Shown here: positions 19,467-28,697 of the stretch, one piece after another
Position numbering within the stretch: the first letter of the stretch is position 1
Layout: each line of letters begins with the position of its first letter
From: an uncultured Candidatus Saccharibacteria bacterium
Lineage (GTDB): Bacteria > Patescibacteriota > Minisyncoccia > UBA6257 > GWB1-50-10
Assembly (NCBI GenBank): GCA_964466475.1
Contig: CAYXNB010000001.1
Span: 44,635 to 108,634, forward strand
Reading direction: 5' to 3'
Length of the DNA stretch: 64,000 bases
Program-made: the position numbers and the translations under genes
Notes under the pieces: model-generated
Database searches by the model: none
What the model was told of the DNA's origin: nothing
The model's input: the letters and a program-made list of their open reading frames with translations, nothing else

Positions 19467-19470
19467 GTGG

Positions 19471-20505
19471 TTATAGCGTAATTCCGCTCTTTTTCAGGTC
19501 GTGCTCAAGCATCATTTTTACGAGTTCGCGGAAGGTCGTTTTCGGCTTCCACCCAAGATTCTCCCGCGCCTTTTTCGCGTCTCCCTGGAGCGCGTCTACC
19601 TCGGCCGGACGAAAGTACCGAGGGTCGATTTTGACGATAATCTTTCCGGTCCTTCTGTCCTTGCCAACCTCTTCCGTTCCCCGTCCTTCCCAGATTATTT
19701 CAAATCCCGCGAGACGGCAGGCCTCTTCCGCAAATTCCCGAACCGAGTGCGTTTCTCCGGTCGCGATGACGTAATCGTCCGGTTCTTTTTCCTGGAGCAT
19801 AAGCCACATGGCCTCCACATAGTCGCCCGCGAATCCCCAGTCGCGCCTGGCGTTTAGGTTTCCCAGATAGATGGCGTCCAGCTCGCCCTTTAATATTTTT
19901 GCCAGCGAAAGCGTGATTTTTCTCGTTACGAAATTCTCCCCCCTTCGCGGAGATTCGTGATTGAAAAGAATCCCATTGCACGCGAACAGCCCGTAACTTT
20001 CCCGATAATTCCTTGTGGCCCAGTATGCGTACACCTTTGAGACGCCATAGGGGCTGCGCGGATGAAAGGGAGTTTCTTCATTTTGAGGCGGGGGCGATGC
20101 GCCGAACATTTCGGAACTCGAGGCCTGATAGAATTTCGCCTTCGGATGATCGTGCCGCACCGCCTCCAGGATTCTCGTGGTCGCGAGCGCGGTCGCATTT
20201 CCGGTAAATTCCGGAACCTCAAAACTGACTCCCACGTGGCTTTGGGCCGCGAGGTGGTAGATCTCGTCCGGCCCCAGAGACTGAATGATACGATGCAAAG
20301 AGCTTGAATCGGTCAGGTCCCCATAGTGGAGTTCGATTCTATTCTCCCTATCATGTATGTCGGGGAAGAGGTGCTGAATCCGTTCGCGATTAAACGTGCT
20401 TACCCTCCGCACGATGCCGTGGACCTCGTACCCCTTTTCCAAGAGGAGTTCGGCAAGATACGATCCGTCTTGTCCGGTAATTCCGGTTATGAGCGCTTTT
20501 TTCAT
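19471..20505 (-). CDS. gmd: GDP-mannose 4,6-dehydratase (copy 2)
   Basis: [64 protein letters not shown]; 344 aa full-length Gmd. Confidence 0.88.
   Translation of the reverse strand: MKKALITGITGQDGSYLAELLLEKGYEVHGIVRRVSTFNRERIQHLFPDIHDRENRIELHYGDLTDSSSLHRIIQSLGPDEIYHLAAQSHVGVSFEVPEFTGNATALATTRILEAVRHDHPKAKFYQASSSEMFGASPPPQNEETPFHPRSPYGVSKVYAYWATRNYRESYGLFACNGILFNHESPRRGENFVTRKITLSLAKILKGELDAIYLGNLNARRDWGFAGDYVEAMWLMLQEKEPDDYVIATGETHSVREFAEEACRLAGFEIIWEGRGTEEVGKDRRTGKIIVKIDPRYFRPAEVDALQGDAKKARENLGWKPKTTFRELVKMMLEHDLKKSGITL
19782..19867. repeat. Partner of the 86-bp identical tract at 17831..17916
   Basis: See 17831..17916. Confidence 0.8.
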
Positions 20506-20522
20506 GTTGTTTTCTTTATTAC

Positions 20523-21800
20523 TTATTTTTCTATGACTTGAAACTCCGGCATGGGCACGATGAATTTACCTCCTCTGCCCAAAAATTCGCTCTCGCGCTC
20601 CCGAAATTCTTTCAAAAAATGCCAGGGCAGTATAAAAAAATAGTCCGGCATCGCCCTTCGCGCCTCTTCTTCGGAAATAATGGGTATCCAGGTTCCCACG
20701 GTCATTTTACCCCACTTCATGGGGTTGCGCTCCACCGCGCTTTTCACGCACGCGTTGTCCAGGCCGTAATACTGCAGAAGCGTGTTTCCCTTGGTCGAGG
20801 CGCCGTAGGCATATATCGTCTTTCCGCTTTCCGCCTCTTTTCGTATGAACGCGGATGTTGCTTCTTTTAGTTCGTCCACCCGCTCCGCAAATTCCCGGTA
20901 AATCGTTTTTTCGTCAAGACCGAGGTCTTTTTCCTTTTTTCGCATGGAGAGGACTCTGTCTTCCGCTCCCTCGCGCCTTCGGATCGACTTTCCTTCTCCC
21001 CGGACACGAATATACACCCGGAAGCTCCCTCCGTTTATATCGTTCGTTTCCACGTCAAACACCTCAAGACCGTGCCTTTCCAAAAGCCGCTCCAGGGACC
21101 TTAACGAATAATACTCCAGGTGTTCGTGGCAGATATTCCCCACTTCGTTCGTTTCCAACATGAGCGGCAAATAACTCATCTGGATAATAAACACTCCTTC
21201 AGGGTCCAGGCATTCCCGCGCTCCGCTTACAAAGGCGTTCGGATCATCCAGATCGTAAAACATAGCGATCGCGGTTATGATTTTCGCTTTTTTGTCGCCG
21301 AATTCCTTTTTCCACGCCGCAGCGGAAAAAAAATCGTTTATGATCCTGTCCGTTCCTTTTTCGTAATGCTTTTCCAGGTTTTTCGCAGGTTCGAATCCGG
21401 TTTTTACGATCCCTCCCCCCGCGTATCCCCGAAGGAGGGTTCCGTCATTTACCCCTATGTCCATCACAATATCCCCCGGTTTCAACGGGGCCATTTCTTC
21501 GGCGCGCCTTGCGATGCCGTGAAGTTCGTTCGTCATGGTTCTGTTCGTTCCGGAAAGATACCAGTACGTCCTGTAGAGCGCTTCGTTCGAGACCGTGTGC
21601 TTTAACTGAAGCAGTCCGCAACCGCCTCTTTTCTCTTCACACAGCACGAGCTCCAGAGGAGCCCGCACCCCCTCGTTTTTTTCCTCCTCCGACAAAAAAT
21701 CCGAAACATACAGATCTCCGAGAGAAAGGACGGGCAGGAGATCCGCGTTTCCGCACACCCTGCATTCCCGTATTTCCCGATATGGAGGGTTTTTGCTCAT
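20523..21800 (-). CDS. SAM-dependent sugar C-methyltransferase family protein (TylCIII/NovU-like; N-terminal Zn-ribbon + MTase + C-methyltransferase C-domain)
   Basis: N-terminal CRVCGNADL...C Zn-binding (Methyltransf_13-like), central [16 protein letters not shown] motif, 425 aa length typical of NDP-hexose 3-C-methyltransferases. Confidence 0.6.
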   Translation of the reverse strand: MSKNPPYREIRECRVCGNADLLPVLSLGDLYVSDFLSEEEKNEGVRAPLELVLCEEKRGGCGLLQLKHTVSNEALYRTYWYLSGTNRTMTNELHGIARRAEEMAPLKPGDIVMDIGVNDGTLLRGYAGGGIVKTGFEPAKNLEKHYEKGTDRIINDFFSAAAWKKEFGDKKAKIITAIAMFYDLDDPNAFVSGARECLDPEGVFIIQMSYLPLMLETNEVGNICHEHLEYYSLRSLERLLERHGLEVFDVETNDINGGSFRVYIRVRGEGKSIRRREGAEDRVLSMRKKEKDLGLDEKTIYREFAERVDELKEATSAFIRKEAESGKTIYAYGASTKGNTLLQYYGLDNACVKSAVERNPMKWGKMTVGTWIPIISEEEARRAMPDYFFILPWHFLKEFRERESEFLGRGGKFIVPMPEFQVIEK

Positions 21801-21836
21801 GATTGCCTTACAATATCAAAGACCTTGCTCTTTTGT

Positions 21837-22862
21837 CTATCTTTTTCTTTTCTTTAATCCTTTCCATTTCCGCTCCTCAAAAAATATTTTGTACATCCGG
21901 TAGAGCAGAATGATAACCGGGCGCGGAAGCAAAAAAAGAGGCAGAGCGACCCAGCATTCGGGGTAACTCCAGTAGAGGCGGAGCATTGTAAGTCGCTTCC
22001 CTTTCGGGGTGTCCCATCCTCCGGCCCATCCGACCACCATTCCCCGCCATACCTGGCCAAAATTTTTGGCAAGCATGGTACGAACTGCGCGCCTGGAAAA
22101 GTTCTTTTCAAACGATTTTATCACGTCGTGGAAAACAACTCCGAACACGCGGAATCCGTTATTTTCTATCTTCCCCCCCTTCGTGGTCTCGGCGACTATT
22201 TCTTCTCTCGGGGTCGGATGGCATATCACGTACGGCCCTTTCAGAAAATAATTCTTTCCCCCGCTTACGATCGCGGTCAAAACCGGCATAAGCGAGGCGA
22301 ATCCGAATCCGATTGAAACTTTTCTTCCTTTTTCCACGCCGGGCAGCGCCGCTTCCCGTTTCGCACAAAAAGTGGAGAGGAGGCCCAGATTCGCCCCCAA
22401 AAGTTCCAAAACTTCGTTGTGATCTCGAAAAAAGCCCTCTTCCCTGTCCGGGATTGCGATAAGCCCGGAGTCCGCAATCATAAAATTCGCCCAAATGAAT
22501 GAGATTTCCGGGTGTGCGCGGATGATACGGAGTACGTGGGCTATCGCGCCCTCCTTCATCTCGTCGTCGTCGCTAAACCACCAGATATATCGTCCGGAGG
22601 CGTTTTCTATCAAGAAAAGATTCGCGGCGTCAAGGCCTATTTTTTCTCCATGTACATACCGGTACCTAATCCCGCTCCCCTCGAGGAGACTTCGGGTTAT
22701 TTTTTCCGTCTCGTCGTCCGGGCTGTCGTCACGGATTACTACCTCCACCTCGTCTGTTATCTGCGGAATAATGTTTTTCAGGCACTTCTCAAAATCCTTC
22801 GGACGATTGTAGGTTGGGATGCAGACGCTCAGGATCGGTTCGTTTTTCATGTTTTTCATCAT
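21837..22862 (-). CDS. GT2 glycosyltransferase
   Basis: ILSVCIPTYNRPKDFEKCL, VVIRDDSPDDET, WWFSDDDE; paralogous to N-domain of 13709..15442. Confidence 0.7.
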   Translation of the reverse strand: MMKNMKNEPILSVCIPTYNRPKDFEKCLKNIIPQITDEVEVVIRDDSPDDETEKITRSLLEGSGIRYRYVHGEKIGLDAANLFLIENASGRYIWWFSDDDEMKEGAIAHVLRIIRAHPEISFIWANFMIADSGLIAIPDREEGFFRDHNEVLELLGANLGLLSTFCAKREAALPGVEKGRKVSIGFGFASLMPVLTAIVSGGKNYFLKGPYVICHPTPREEIVAETTKGGKIENNGFRVFGVVFHDVIKSFEKNFSRRAVRTMLAKNFGQVWRGMVVGWAGGWDTPKGKRLTMLRLYWSYPECWVALPLFLLPRPVIILLYRMYKIFFEERKWKGLKKRKR

Positions 22863-22901
22863 ACCTTGTCCTACCCTCTTTTTTCAATTACGCTTTTATA
22901 T

Positions 22902-23498
22902 ATGAAGCGCGTATATATTGCCTCATCCATGCCCATCGGGGAACGATGCCTCGGATTCGCGCGGGAACATCTGCCTGAGGGGACCCTTCTTGCCGACGAC
23001 ATGAATTCATGCGAAGTGTTTATCTCCGTATTCTATAACCAACTTATTACAAAAGAATTTATCAATTCTCGGGAGCAATGCTTAAACTTCCACGCTGGCA
23101 TTCTCCCCCAATATCGCGGTTCCGGCACCATCAACTGGGCCATTATAAACGGAGAAAAAGAAACCGGAGTAACACTCCATGAAATTGACGAAAAAATCGA
23201 CCACGGGGATGTGATTGAGGTTCGCTCCTTCCCGCTTGGGGATATGGACACGTGTGAGAGTGTGTTTAAAAAAACAGAAAAACTGGTGTTTCAAATGTTC
23301 TGTGATTGGTTTCAAAAACTCGCCCTTGGAAAATATACTGCTATCCCCCAGGACCATTCAAAAGCGCGCCTGTATTCCCGCGCGGATCTCCAAAAAGCGA
23401 AGGATCTGACCCCATATGTCCGCGCCTACCATCTGCCGGGCAAGGAGGCGGCCTATTATTACAACAGAAAGGGAGAAAAGGTCTATCTTGAATGGTAA
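22902..23498 (+). CDS. Sugar N-formyltransferase (formyl_trans_N family)
   Basis: Catalytic N-x-H...D signature NFHAGILPQYRGSGTINWAIINGEKETGVTLHEIDEKIDHGDVI; track ORF 22512..23498 trimmed to internal ATG because upstream part is antisense to the GT2 gene. Confidence 0.7.
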   Translation: MKRVYIASSMPIGERCLGFAREHLPEGTLLADDMNSCEVFISVFYNQLITKEFINSREQCLNFHAGILPQYRGSGTINWAIINGEKETGVTLHEIDEKIDHGDVIEVRSFPLGDMDTCESVFKKTEKLVFQMFCDWFQKLALGKYTAIPQDHSKARLYSRADLQKAKDLTPYVRAYHLPGKEAAYYYNRKGEKVYLEW

Positions 23499-23523
23499 TG
23501 GGTTATTCTGTATCATTCCATCC

Positions 23524-24627
23524 ATGAAAACTTCCACCCCCATCCGCATTCGGGTTTGCGAACCGGACATCGGCGAACTTGAGGTGCGCGCCGTTACGGA
23601 CGCGATCAAAAACACCTATATTTCCTCGGTTGCCCCTCCGGTCAAGGATTTTGAGGAGGCGTTTGCAAAATATTTCGGAGCGAAATACGCGGTAGCGGTC
23701 AATTCCGGGGGCTCGGCCCTTTTCCTCGCCCTGAAGGCGATTGGAGTCGGACCGGGAGACGAGGTGATCGTCCCCACCTTCACCATGATAGCAACCGCGG
23801 CCGCGGTGACCCACTGCGGCGCCCGGCCGGTATTCATTGATTCTTCCGCGGAGAGTTTCAACATGGACCCCGGGGCGATCGAGACGCTTATTACCCCCCG
23901 CACCAAGGCAATCATTCCCGTCCATCTTTATGGGGAGTCCTGCGACATGGATTCCATTATGGAAATAGCGGAAAGATACGGGCTAAAGGTGATCGAAGAC
24001 GCGGCCGAATCCCATGGCGCGAAATACAAAGGCAAGCTGACGGGCACGTTCGGCGTCGCCGGATGCTTTTCTTTTTACGCCAACAAGATCATGACCACCG
24101 GAGAGGGCGGCATGATCATTACCGATGACGACCACCTCGCGCATCGTCTGCGCCATATGCGCGGATATGATTTTGACGACTTGAAACATTTCTGGCACCG
24201 GACTATCGCGTGGAATCTTCGCATGTCCGCGCTCGGGGCCGCGCTTGGCGGAGCGCAACTCGCTCGCCTACCCGAACTTATCGCAAAGCGGCGCGCGAAC
24301 GCCGAGTATTACACGGAACGACTGAAAAGTGTTAAAGATCTCTCGTTTTTTCTGGAAAAACCTGACACGTTTTCCGTATTCTGGATGTACTCGCTTCTTG
24401 CGGAACGCAGGGATGAGCTTATGAATTTTCTCTCGAAAAACGGGGTGGAAACCCGGACGTTCTTTATCCCCATGCACCAGCAGCCGGTATATAAACAAAA
24501 GGGCAGTTTTCCCCACGCGGACCGGTACGCCGAACTCGGACTTTACCTGCCCTCTTCTTCCCATCTTTCGAACGAACAAAAAGACGAGGTAATTGCCCTT
24601 GTACGCGCGTTTTACGGCGCCTCCTAA
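23524..24627 (+). CDS. DegT/DnrJ/EryC1/StrS-family PLP-dependent sugar aminotransferase (perosamine-synthetase-like)
   Basis: FSFYANKIMTTGEGG with conserved Schiff-base Lys, VIVPTFTMIATAAAV, IPVHLYGESCDM; start at internal MKTSTPIRIRV. Confidence 0.8.
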   Translation: MKTSTPIRIRVCEPDIGELEVRAVTDAIKNTYISSVAPPVKDFEEAFAKYFGAKYAVAVNSGGSALFLALKAIGVGPGDEVIVPTFTMIATAAAVTHCGARPVFIDSSAESFNMDPGAIETLITPRTKAIIPVHLYGESCDMDSIMEIAERYGLKVIEDAAESHGAKYKGKLTGTFGVAGCFSFYANKIMTTGEGGMIITDDDHLAHRLRHMRGYDFDDLKHFWHRTIAWNLRMSALGAALGGAQLARLPELIAKRRANAEYYTERLKSVKDLSFFLEKPDTFSVFWMYSLLAERRDELMNFLSKNGVETRTFFIPMHQQPVYKQKGSFPHADRYAELGLYLPSSSHLSNEQKDEVIALVRAFYGAS

Positions 24628-24638
24628 ATATCTTCTTT

Positions 24639-25670
24639 TCAAAGCGCTCCCAATAGGCGCTCCAACTCCGTCCTCATTCCATATCCGTTCTCCACGCACC
24701 GCAGGCGGCCCGCCCGCCCCACGGCCTTTCTCGCGGCTTCGTCCGCGAGATATGTCCGTATTTTTTGGATCAACTCTTCCCGCGAACCGAAAAATTCCGC
24801 CTCTTTGCCTTCCCGGAAAAACTCCAGGTGCCTCCTGGTTCGTTCCCCCAGCATAAACCCGCCGCAGGCGGGAATTTCCACGCTTCTTGATGTTATTTCG
24901 TCCCTGTTTATCTTCCGTAAAAAACAAAGATTAATTTTTGTTCCGTTTATCGCTTTTACGTAATCCTCTCCCAGCACGGCTTCGTTTTTTACCTCCAGAT
25001 TTTTATGTCTCGCCCCGAAGCGCGCCCATCCGTTTCCCCAAACCACGATCCGGATTCCCTGCTCCGCGAGAGCGAGCATGGCGTCTGCCCGCTCCTTTTC
25101 CCATGTGCCGATAAAAGAAACCTCCGCGGAAAATTTTTTTATGTCCTCCTCCCGCATTTCCATCGGACGATGCAGCGTCTCGTCGTAGGTTTCGAGTGTG
25201 AGAAATGTTTTTTTCGCTCCCATGGCGAGGAGTTCCTTCAGGTTGTATTCTTTGGTGGTAAAGAGCATATCGTAGAGCGGCAGACATTCTTCGTAATACT
25301 TCGATTTGTTGTGAGGAGCGGCCATGTCGTCTTCGGAAAACGAAACAAATTTCGCCTTTGGCAGGAGCTCCCGCGCCCGCCGCAGGGCGCTTTTCCGTAT
25401 CATGACCCCTTTTTCTATCCATACGACTTCATACCCTCCCCTCTGCGCCTCTTCTTCCAATATCCTGTTTGCCCCGGCTCCGTCTTTCGGGAGACCAAGC
25501 TTCCACAATATCCTTTCCCCCACTCCCCCCTTCTCGCCCCTGCCCGCGCGGTCGGATATTTTGGTATGCGAATATGCCCGGACCTCGCAGCCGATATCCC
25601 GAAAGGCGCGCGAGCGCATAAAACTTCTTCCGTATTCGTTCAGGTCGCCGATGAAAAGTATGCGTTTCAT
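24639..25670 (-). CDS. CgeB-like / DUF3880 glycosyltransferase (Glyco_trans_1_2 C-domain)
   Basis: C-terminal IPACGGFMLGERTRRHLEFF...REELIQKIRTYLADEAARKAVGRAG pattern of PF13524; track ORF N-terminal 92 aa (Arg/Gly-rich) discarded, start at MKRILFIGD with ATGA overlap. Confidence 0.55.
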   Translation of the reverse strand: MKRILFIGDLNEYGRSFMRSRAFRDIGCEVRAYSHTKISDRAGRGEKGGVGERILWKLGLPKDGAGANRILEEEAQRGGYEVVWIEKGVMIRKSALRRARELLPKAKFVSFSEDDMAAPHNKSKYYEECLPLYDMLFTTKEYNLKELLAMGAKKTFLTLETYDETLHRPMEMREEDIKKFSAEVSFIGTWEKERADAMLALAEQGIRIVVWGNGWARFGARHKNLEVKNEAVLGEDYVKAINGTKINLCFLRKINRDEITSRSVEIPACGGFMLGERTRRHLEFFREGKEAEFFGSREELIQKIRTYLADEAARKAVGRAGRLRCVENGYGMRTELERLLGAL

Positions 25671-26821
25671 TTTTTTCCTGAAAGCCCGAGGGCTTTTCTT
25701 ATTCCCTCCACGTCTTTTTCGTGGCTGTATTCCCGTATGATCTTTTTTGACTCCTCGCCGAACGCCCTCCTTTCCTCCTCGTTTTCCGCGAGACGGCGCA
25801 CGTATTCCGCCAGACGCTCCGCGTTGCCGCACGGGAATACAAACCCGTTTTTCCCGTGACGCACCAGATCCGCCGCGCATCCCGCCATGTCCGAAACCAC
25901 GACAGGCAGGCCGGCGCACATGGCTTCGTTCACAACCAGGCCCCATGTTTCGCCCGCGCCCGAAGGAAGGATGAATATGTCAGATTCCGCGTACCAGTTG
26001 GGCAGCTCTTTTTGATTTTGGAAACCAGCGAAACGCACATGCTCCAATGAATTCCGCCGCACGTACTCTTCCATCTCTTTTCGCAGCGCGCCCTCCCCTA
26101 CCAGAGAAAGCGCGGGCAAAAGTTCGCGGGACATATCCCCCTTTTTTAATATGCGAAGCGCTTCCAAAATATCAAAAACCCGTTTTTTCGGTATCAACTT
26201 TCCCACAAAAAGTGCGGCGGGCCTGCCTTTATGTTTCCTCCTTTGCACCATAAAATTGGCGTTATCCACTGCATACGGGACAAAATGCATCTTTTCTTCC
26301 GGAACGCCGTAGGAGGCATAGAATTTTTTATTTTCCAGCCCGATACAGAGAACTCCCCTGCTTTTTTCAAACACCCGCCTCAAAACAATCTTTTTCATCG
26401 TCTGCTTCCAACCCGTTTTCAGGAGCTCCTGATTCAGAGGGCTTTCTCCGTGCCAGTACACCGGCGTTTTCCGCAAAAGCGCCGTAAGAAAAGCCAGCCA
26501 GTTGGTAAACGAATTCCATCCTGAAATAATGATCGCGCCGTACGCCCCCTTCCATATTTCCCGCGCAACACCCGGATTTATCTGCCCCCAGAAATTGCTC
26601 GACGGCCTTGGGGAAATATTTTTTAAAAATACGTGCCGGTATCCTCCGAGAAGCGGGGTGTCCCACTTCACTTTTTTTCCGAATTCCGGATCATAGGTTT
26701 CCTTTGCCCCGAAATCCCACGAGAAATAAACCGTGAGATCAATATCGTTTTCCGCTTCTAATCTGCGAAAGAGAGGGACTTCGTATTGTATGGCGTGCGA
26801 TTTCAGTATTGCTATTTTCAT
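25667..26821 (-). CDS. GT4 glycosyltransferase
   Basis: MKIAILKSHAIQYEVPLF N-terminus; E-x7-E (ETWGLVVNEAMCAGLPVV). Confidence 0.8.
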   Translation of the reverse strand: MKIAILKSHAIQYEVPLFRRLEAENDIDLTVYFSWDFGAKETYDPEFGKKVKWDTPLLGGYRHVFLKNISPRPSSNFWGQINPGVAREIWKGAYGAIIISGWNSFTNWLAFLTALLRKTPVYWHGESPLNQELLKTGWKQTMKKIVLRRVFEKSRGVLCIGLENKKFYASYGVPEEKMHFVPYAVDNANFMVQRRKHKGRPAALFVGKLIPKKRVFDILEALRILKKGDMSRELLPALSLVGEGALRKEMEEYVRRNSLEHVRFAGFQNQKELPNWYAESDIFILPSGAGETWGLVVNEAMCAGLPVVVSDMAGCAADLVRHGKNGFVFPCGNAERLAEYVRRLAENEEERRAFGEESKKIIREYSHEKDVEGIRKALGLSGKK

Positions 26822-26931
26822 CCCTCACATACCATGCGCAAATACCGCGTTAGTCGCACAGGTATTGCGCATACGTTTTGCACTTGTTCGACCATTTGCG
26901 CCATTGCCCAAGCGCATGTTATGTGAGGGAT

Positions 26932-27987
26932 TCATGCGTTTGCGAATTTTTCCACAAGGATTTGTACCCGTCCCTGAAAATGTTTTATGCTGTATATTGT
27001 GAGGCATTGTTCCCGTATTTTTTTTCTTTTTTCCGTGTCTCCTTTTTCGTTTTTGCGGACTACCTCCACGATGCCCCGCGCGATATCCGCCGGATCATCC
27101 GGATCCACAAGCGTGCCGAGTGCTCCGCCCAAAAGCGCCTCCCTGCATCCGTATCCGTCACTTGCCACAACCGGCACGCCGCAGGCGAGCGCTTCGATAA
27201 ACACAATCCCGAATCCTTCTTTTTTTGAGGGGAGCACGAATACGTCCGCGAGATTATAGAACGCCCTTCTGTCCTCGTTTTTTACATCCTCTACGCGCAC
27301 CACGCGCTTTTTCAGGTCCCTGTCTTTCAGTAAATCCTCCACCCGTTCATCCCTACCCCTACCTGCCAGACAATAAACGGCTTCCGGCACCTCCCGTATC
27401 ACGAGCGGCATGGCCCGGAGCACGCGGTCCTGCCCTTTTTCTTCTTCGGAGTTCAGGCGGGAAAGGGTGAGAATTACCTTTTTCCCCCGGAGGCCGAGCG
27501 CGGACACCAGATCTTCCCGCGGGGATTCTATAAAAAACAGGTCTTCGTCCACCGCGCTTGGGAGCATGAATATTTTATCCCGCGCTTCAGGCACCTGCGA
27601 AAGCGCGTGATTTTTCGTGTATTCGGAAATTACGATTATCTGTTCCGCCTCCCGCACGGCCCGGAGTTTCAATTTACTCTTGATTGCCATGGCTTCTATT
27701 CCATAGAGCGCGAGTGTGTACGGGATGCGAAGCGCGTTTCGCAGAAACAGCGCGATCGGAGAAAAATTAATATGCGCGGAGTGCAGCAGGTCCGGCCGCC
27801 GAAAAATCGCCTCGAAAAGAACGCGGAGCACGAAGAATCCCTTTGCCGTAATCCCCCTGCCGCGGAGTTCAATAAGGCGCACTTCGCAGCCGGAGGCACG
27901 GAGCGCCTTTAAAAAGTCTCTGTTATACTTTTCAATTCCTCCGACCGCGTTTACGTCGGCCGCGATAAAACATATTTTCATTGCCAT
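26932..27987 (-). CDS. GT4 glycosyltransferase
   Basis: MAMKICFIAADVNAVGGIEKY N-terminus, EGFGIVFIEALACGVPVV E-x7-E; track N-terminal extension discarded. Confidence 0.75.
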   Translation of the reverse strand: MAMKICFIAADVNAVGGIEKYNRDFLKALRASGCEVRLIELRGRGITAKGFFVLRVLFEAIFRRPDLLHSAHINFSPIALFLRNALRIPYTLALYGIEAMAIKSKLKLRAVREAEQIIVISEYTKNHALSQVPEARDKIFMLPSAVDEDLFFIESPREDLVSALGLRGKKVILTLSRLNSEEEKGQDRVLRAMPLVIREVPEAVYCLAGRGRDERVEDLLKDRDLKKRVVRVEDVKNEDRRAFYNLADVFVLPSKKEGFGIVFIEALACGVPVVASDGYGCREALLGGALGTLVDPDDPADIARGIVEVVRKNEKGDTEKRKKIREQCLTIYSIKHFQGRVQILVEKFANA

Positions 27988-28697
27988 GACATTCTGCCTT
28001 TTTTCACTTTCCTCTTCAAGCGAACGCTGAAGGCGAGCGTTCTTTTGATAAATTTCCATTGCGCTCCAAACCCGGTGTTCCAGCTCGATACTCCGTGGAC
28101 CCGCTTTCTGAAGTCCACCCGAAATCTTTTTACCCGATATCCTCTTTTTTTCGCGAGGAGGAGCGCGTAGAGATCGAGGGCAAAATCCTCGGGGGGATCT
28201 TCCCACGATTCAAAAAAACTTTTATGAAAGCAGTTCGGCTGGGCGTTTATGTCCCACAAAATTTTTCCGAAGAGCGCGCTCTCAAACACGCCCATTCCCG
28301 CGGTAAAAAACTTGTCCGTAAGCGGCCGGCCCCTTCTTTTCCCTTTTACGTAGGCGTTTTTCGGGTCTTCTTCCTGCTCCATGATGCGCATGGCGCGGAC
28401 CAGATCTTCGGGGTCGCACTGCAAATCCGCGTGCGTCCATATATACCACTCTCCTTTCGCGGCGCGGAGACCGGAGGCCACCGCCCTGCCGTATCCGGGA
28501 TGTTTTTCTTCAATACTCCGCGCGAAGGGAAATTTTTCCAGGATATTTTTCAGCACTTCGGCCGTTTCGTCTTTTGAATTATTGTCCACTAGGATCACCT
28601 CCGCGTCTTCCCTTCCCACGCTTTTTTCCAGACGCCCCAGGAGCGCGGGGATGTTTCCCGCCTCGTTGTAGCAGGGTATGACGATTGAATATTTCAT
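27978..28697 (-). CDS. GT2 polyprenyl-phosphate sugar synthase-like glycosyltransferase (DPM1/ArnC-like)
   Basis: MKYSIVIPCYNEAGNI, VILVDNNSKDET, short about 240 aa soluble GT2 typical of Dpm1/GtrB/ArnC; ATGA overlap with the GT-C gene upstream. Confidence 0.7.
   Translation of the reverse strand: MKYSIVIPCYNEAGNIPALLGRLEKSVGREDAEVILVDNNSKDETAEVLKNILEKFPFARSIEEKHPGYGRAVASGLRAAKGEWYIWTHADLQCDPEDLVRAMRIMEQEEDPKNAYVKGKRRGRPLTDKFFTAGMGVFESALFGKILWDINAQPNCFHKSFFESWEDPPEDFALDLYALLLAKKRGYRVKRFRVDFRKRVHGVSSWNTGFGAQWKFIKRTLAFSVRLKRKVKKGRMSWQ

Noticed and set aside
24639-25946. Arg/Gly-rich N-terminal extensions of track ORFs (24639..25946, 26932..28206, 28694..30775, 37479..38306, 22512..23498, 23416..24627, 43224..45524)
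   Set aside because: Extensions lack similarity to the protein family and overlap the upstream gene; internal Met starts that create 4-nt ATGA couplings or clear a terminator hairpin are more plausible.
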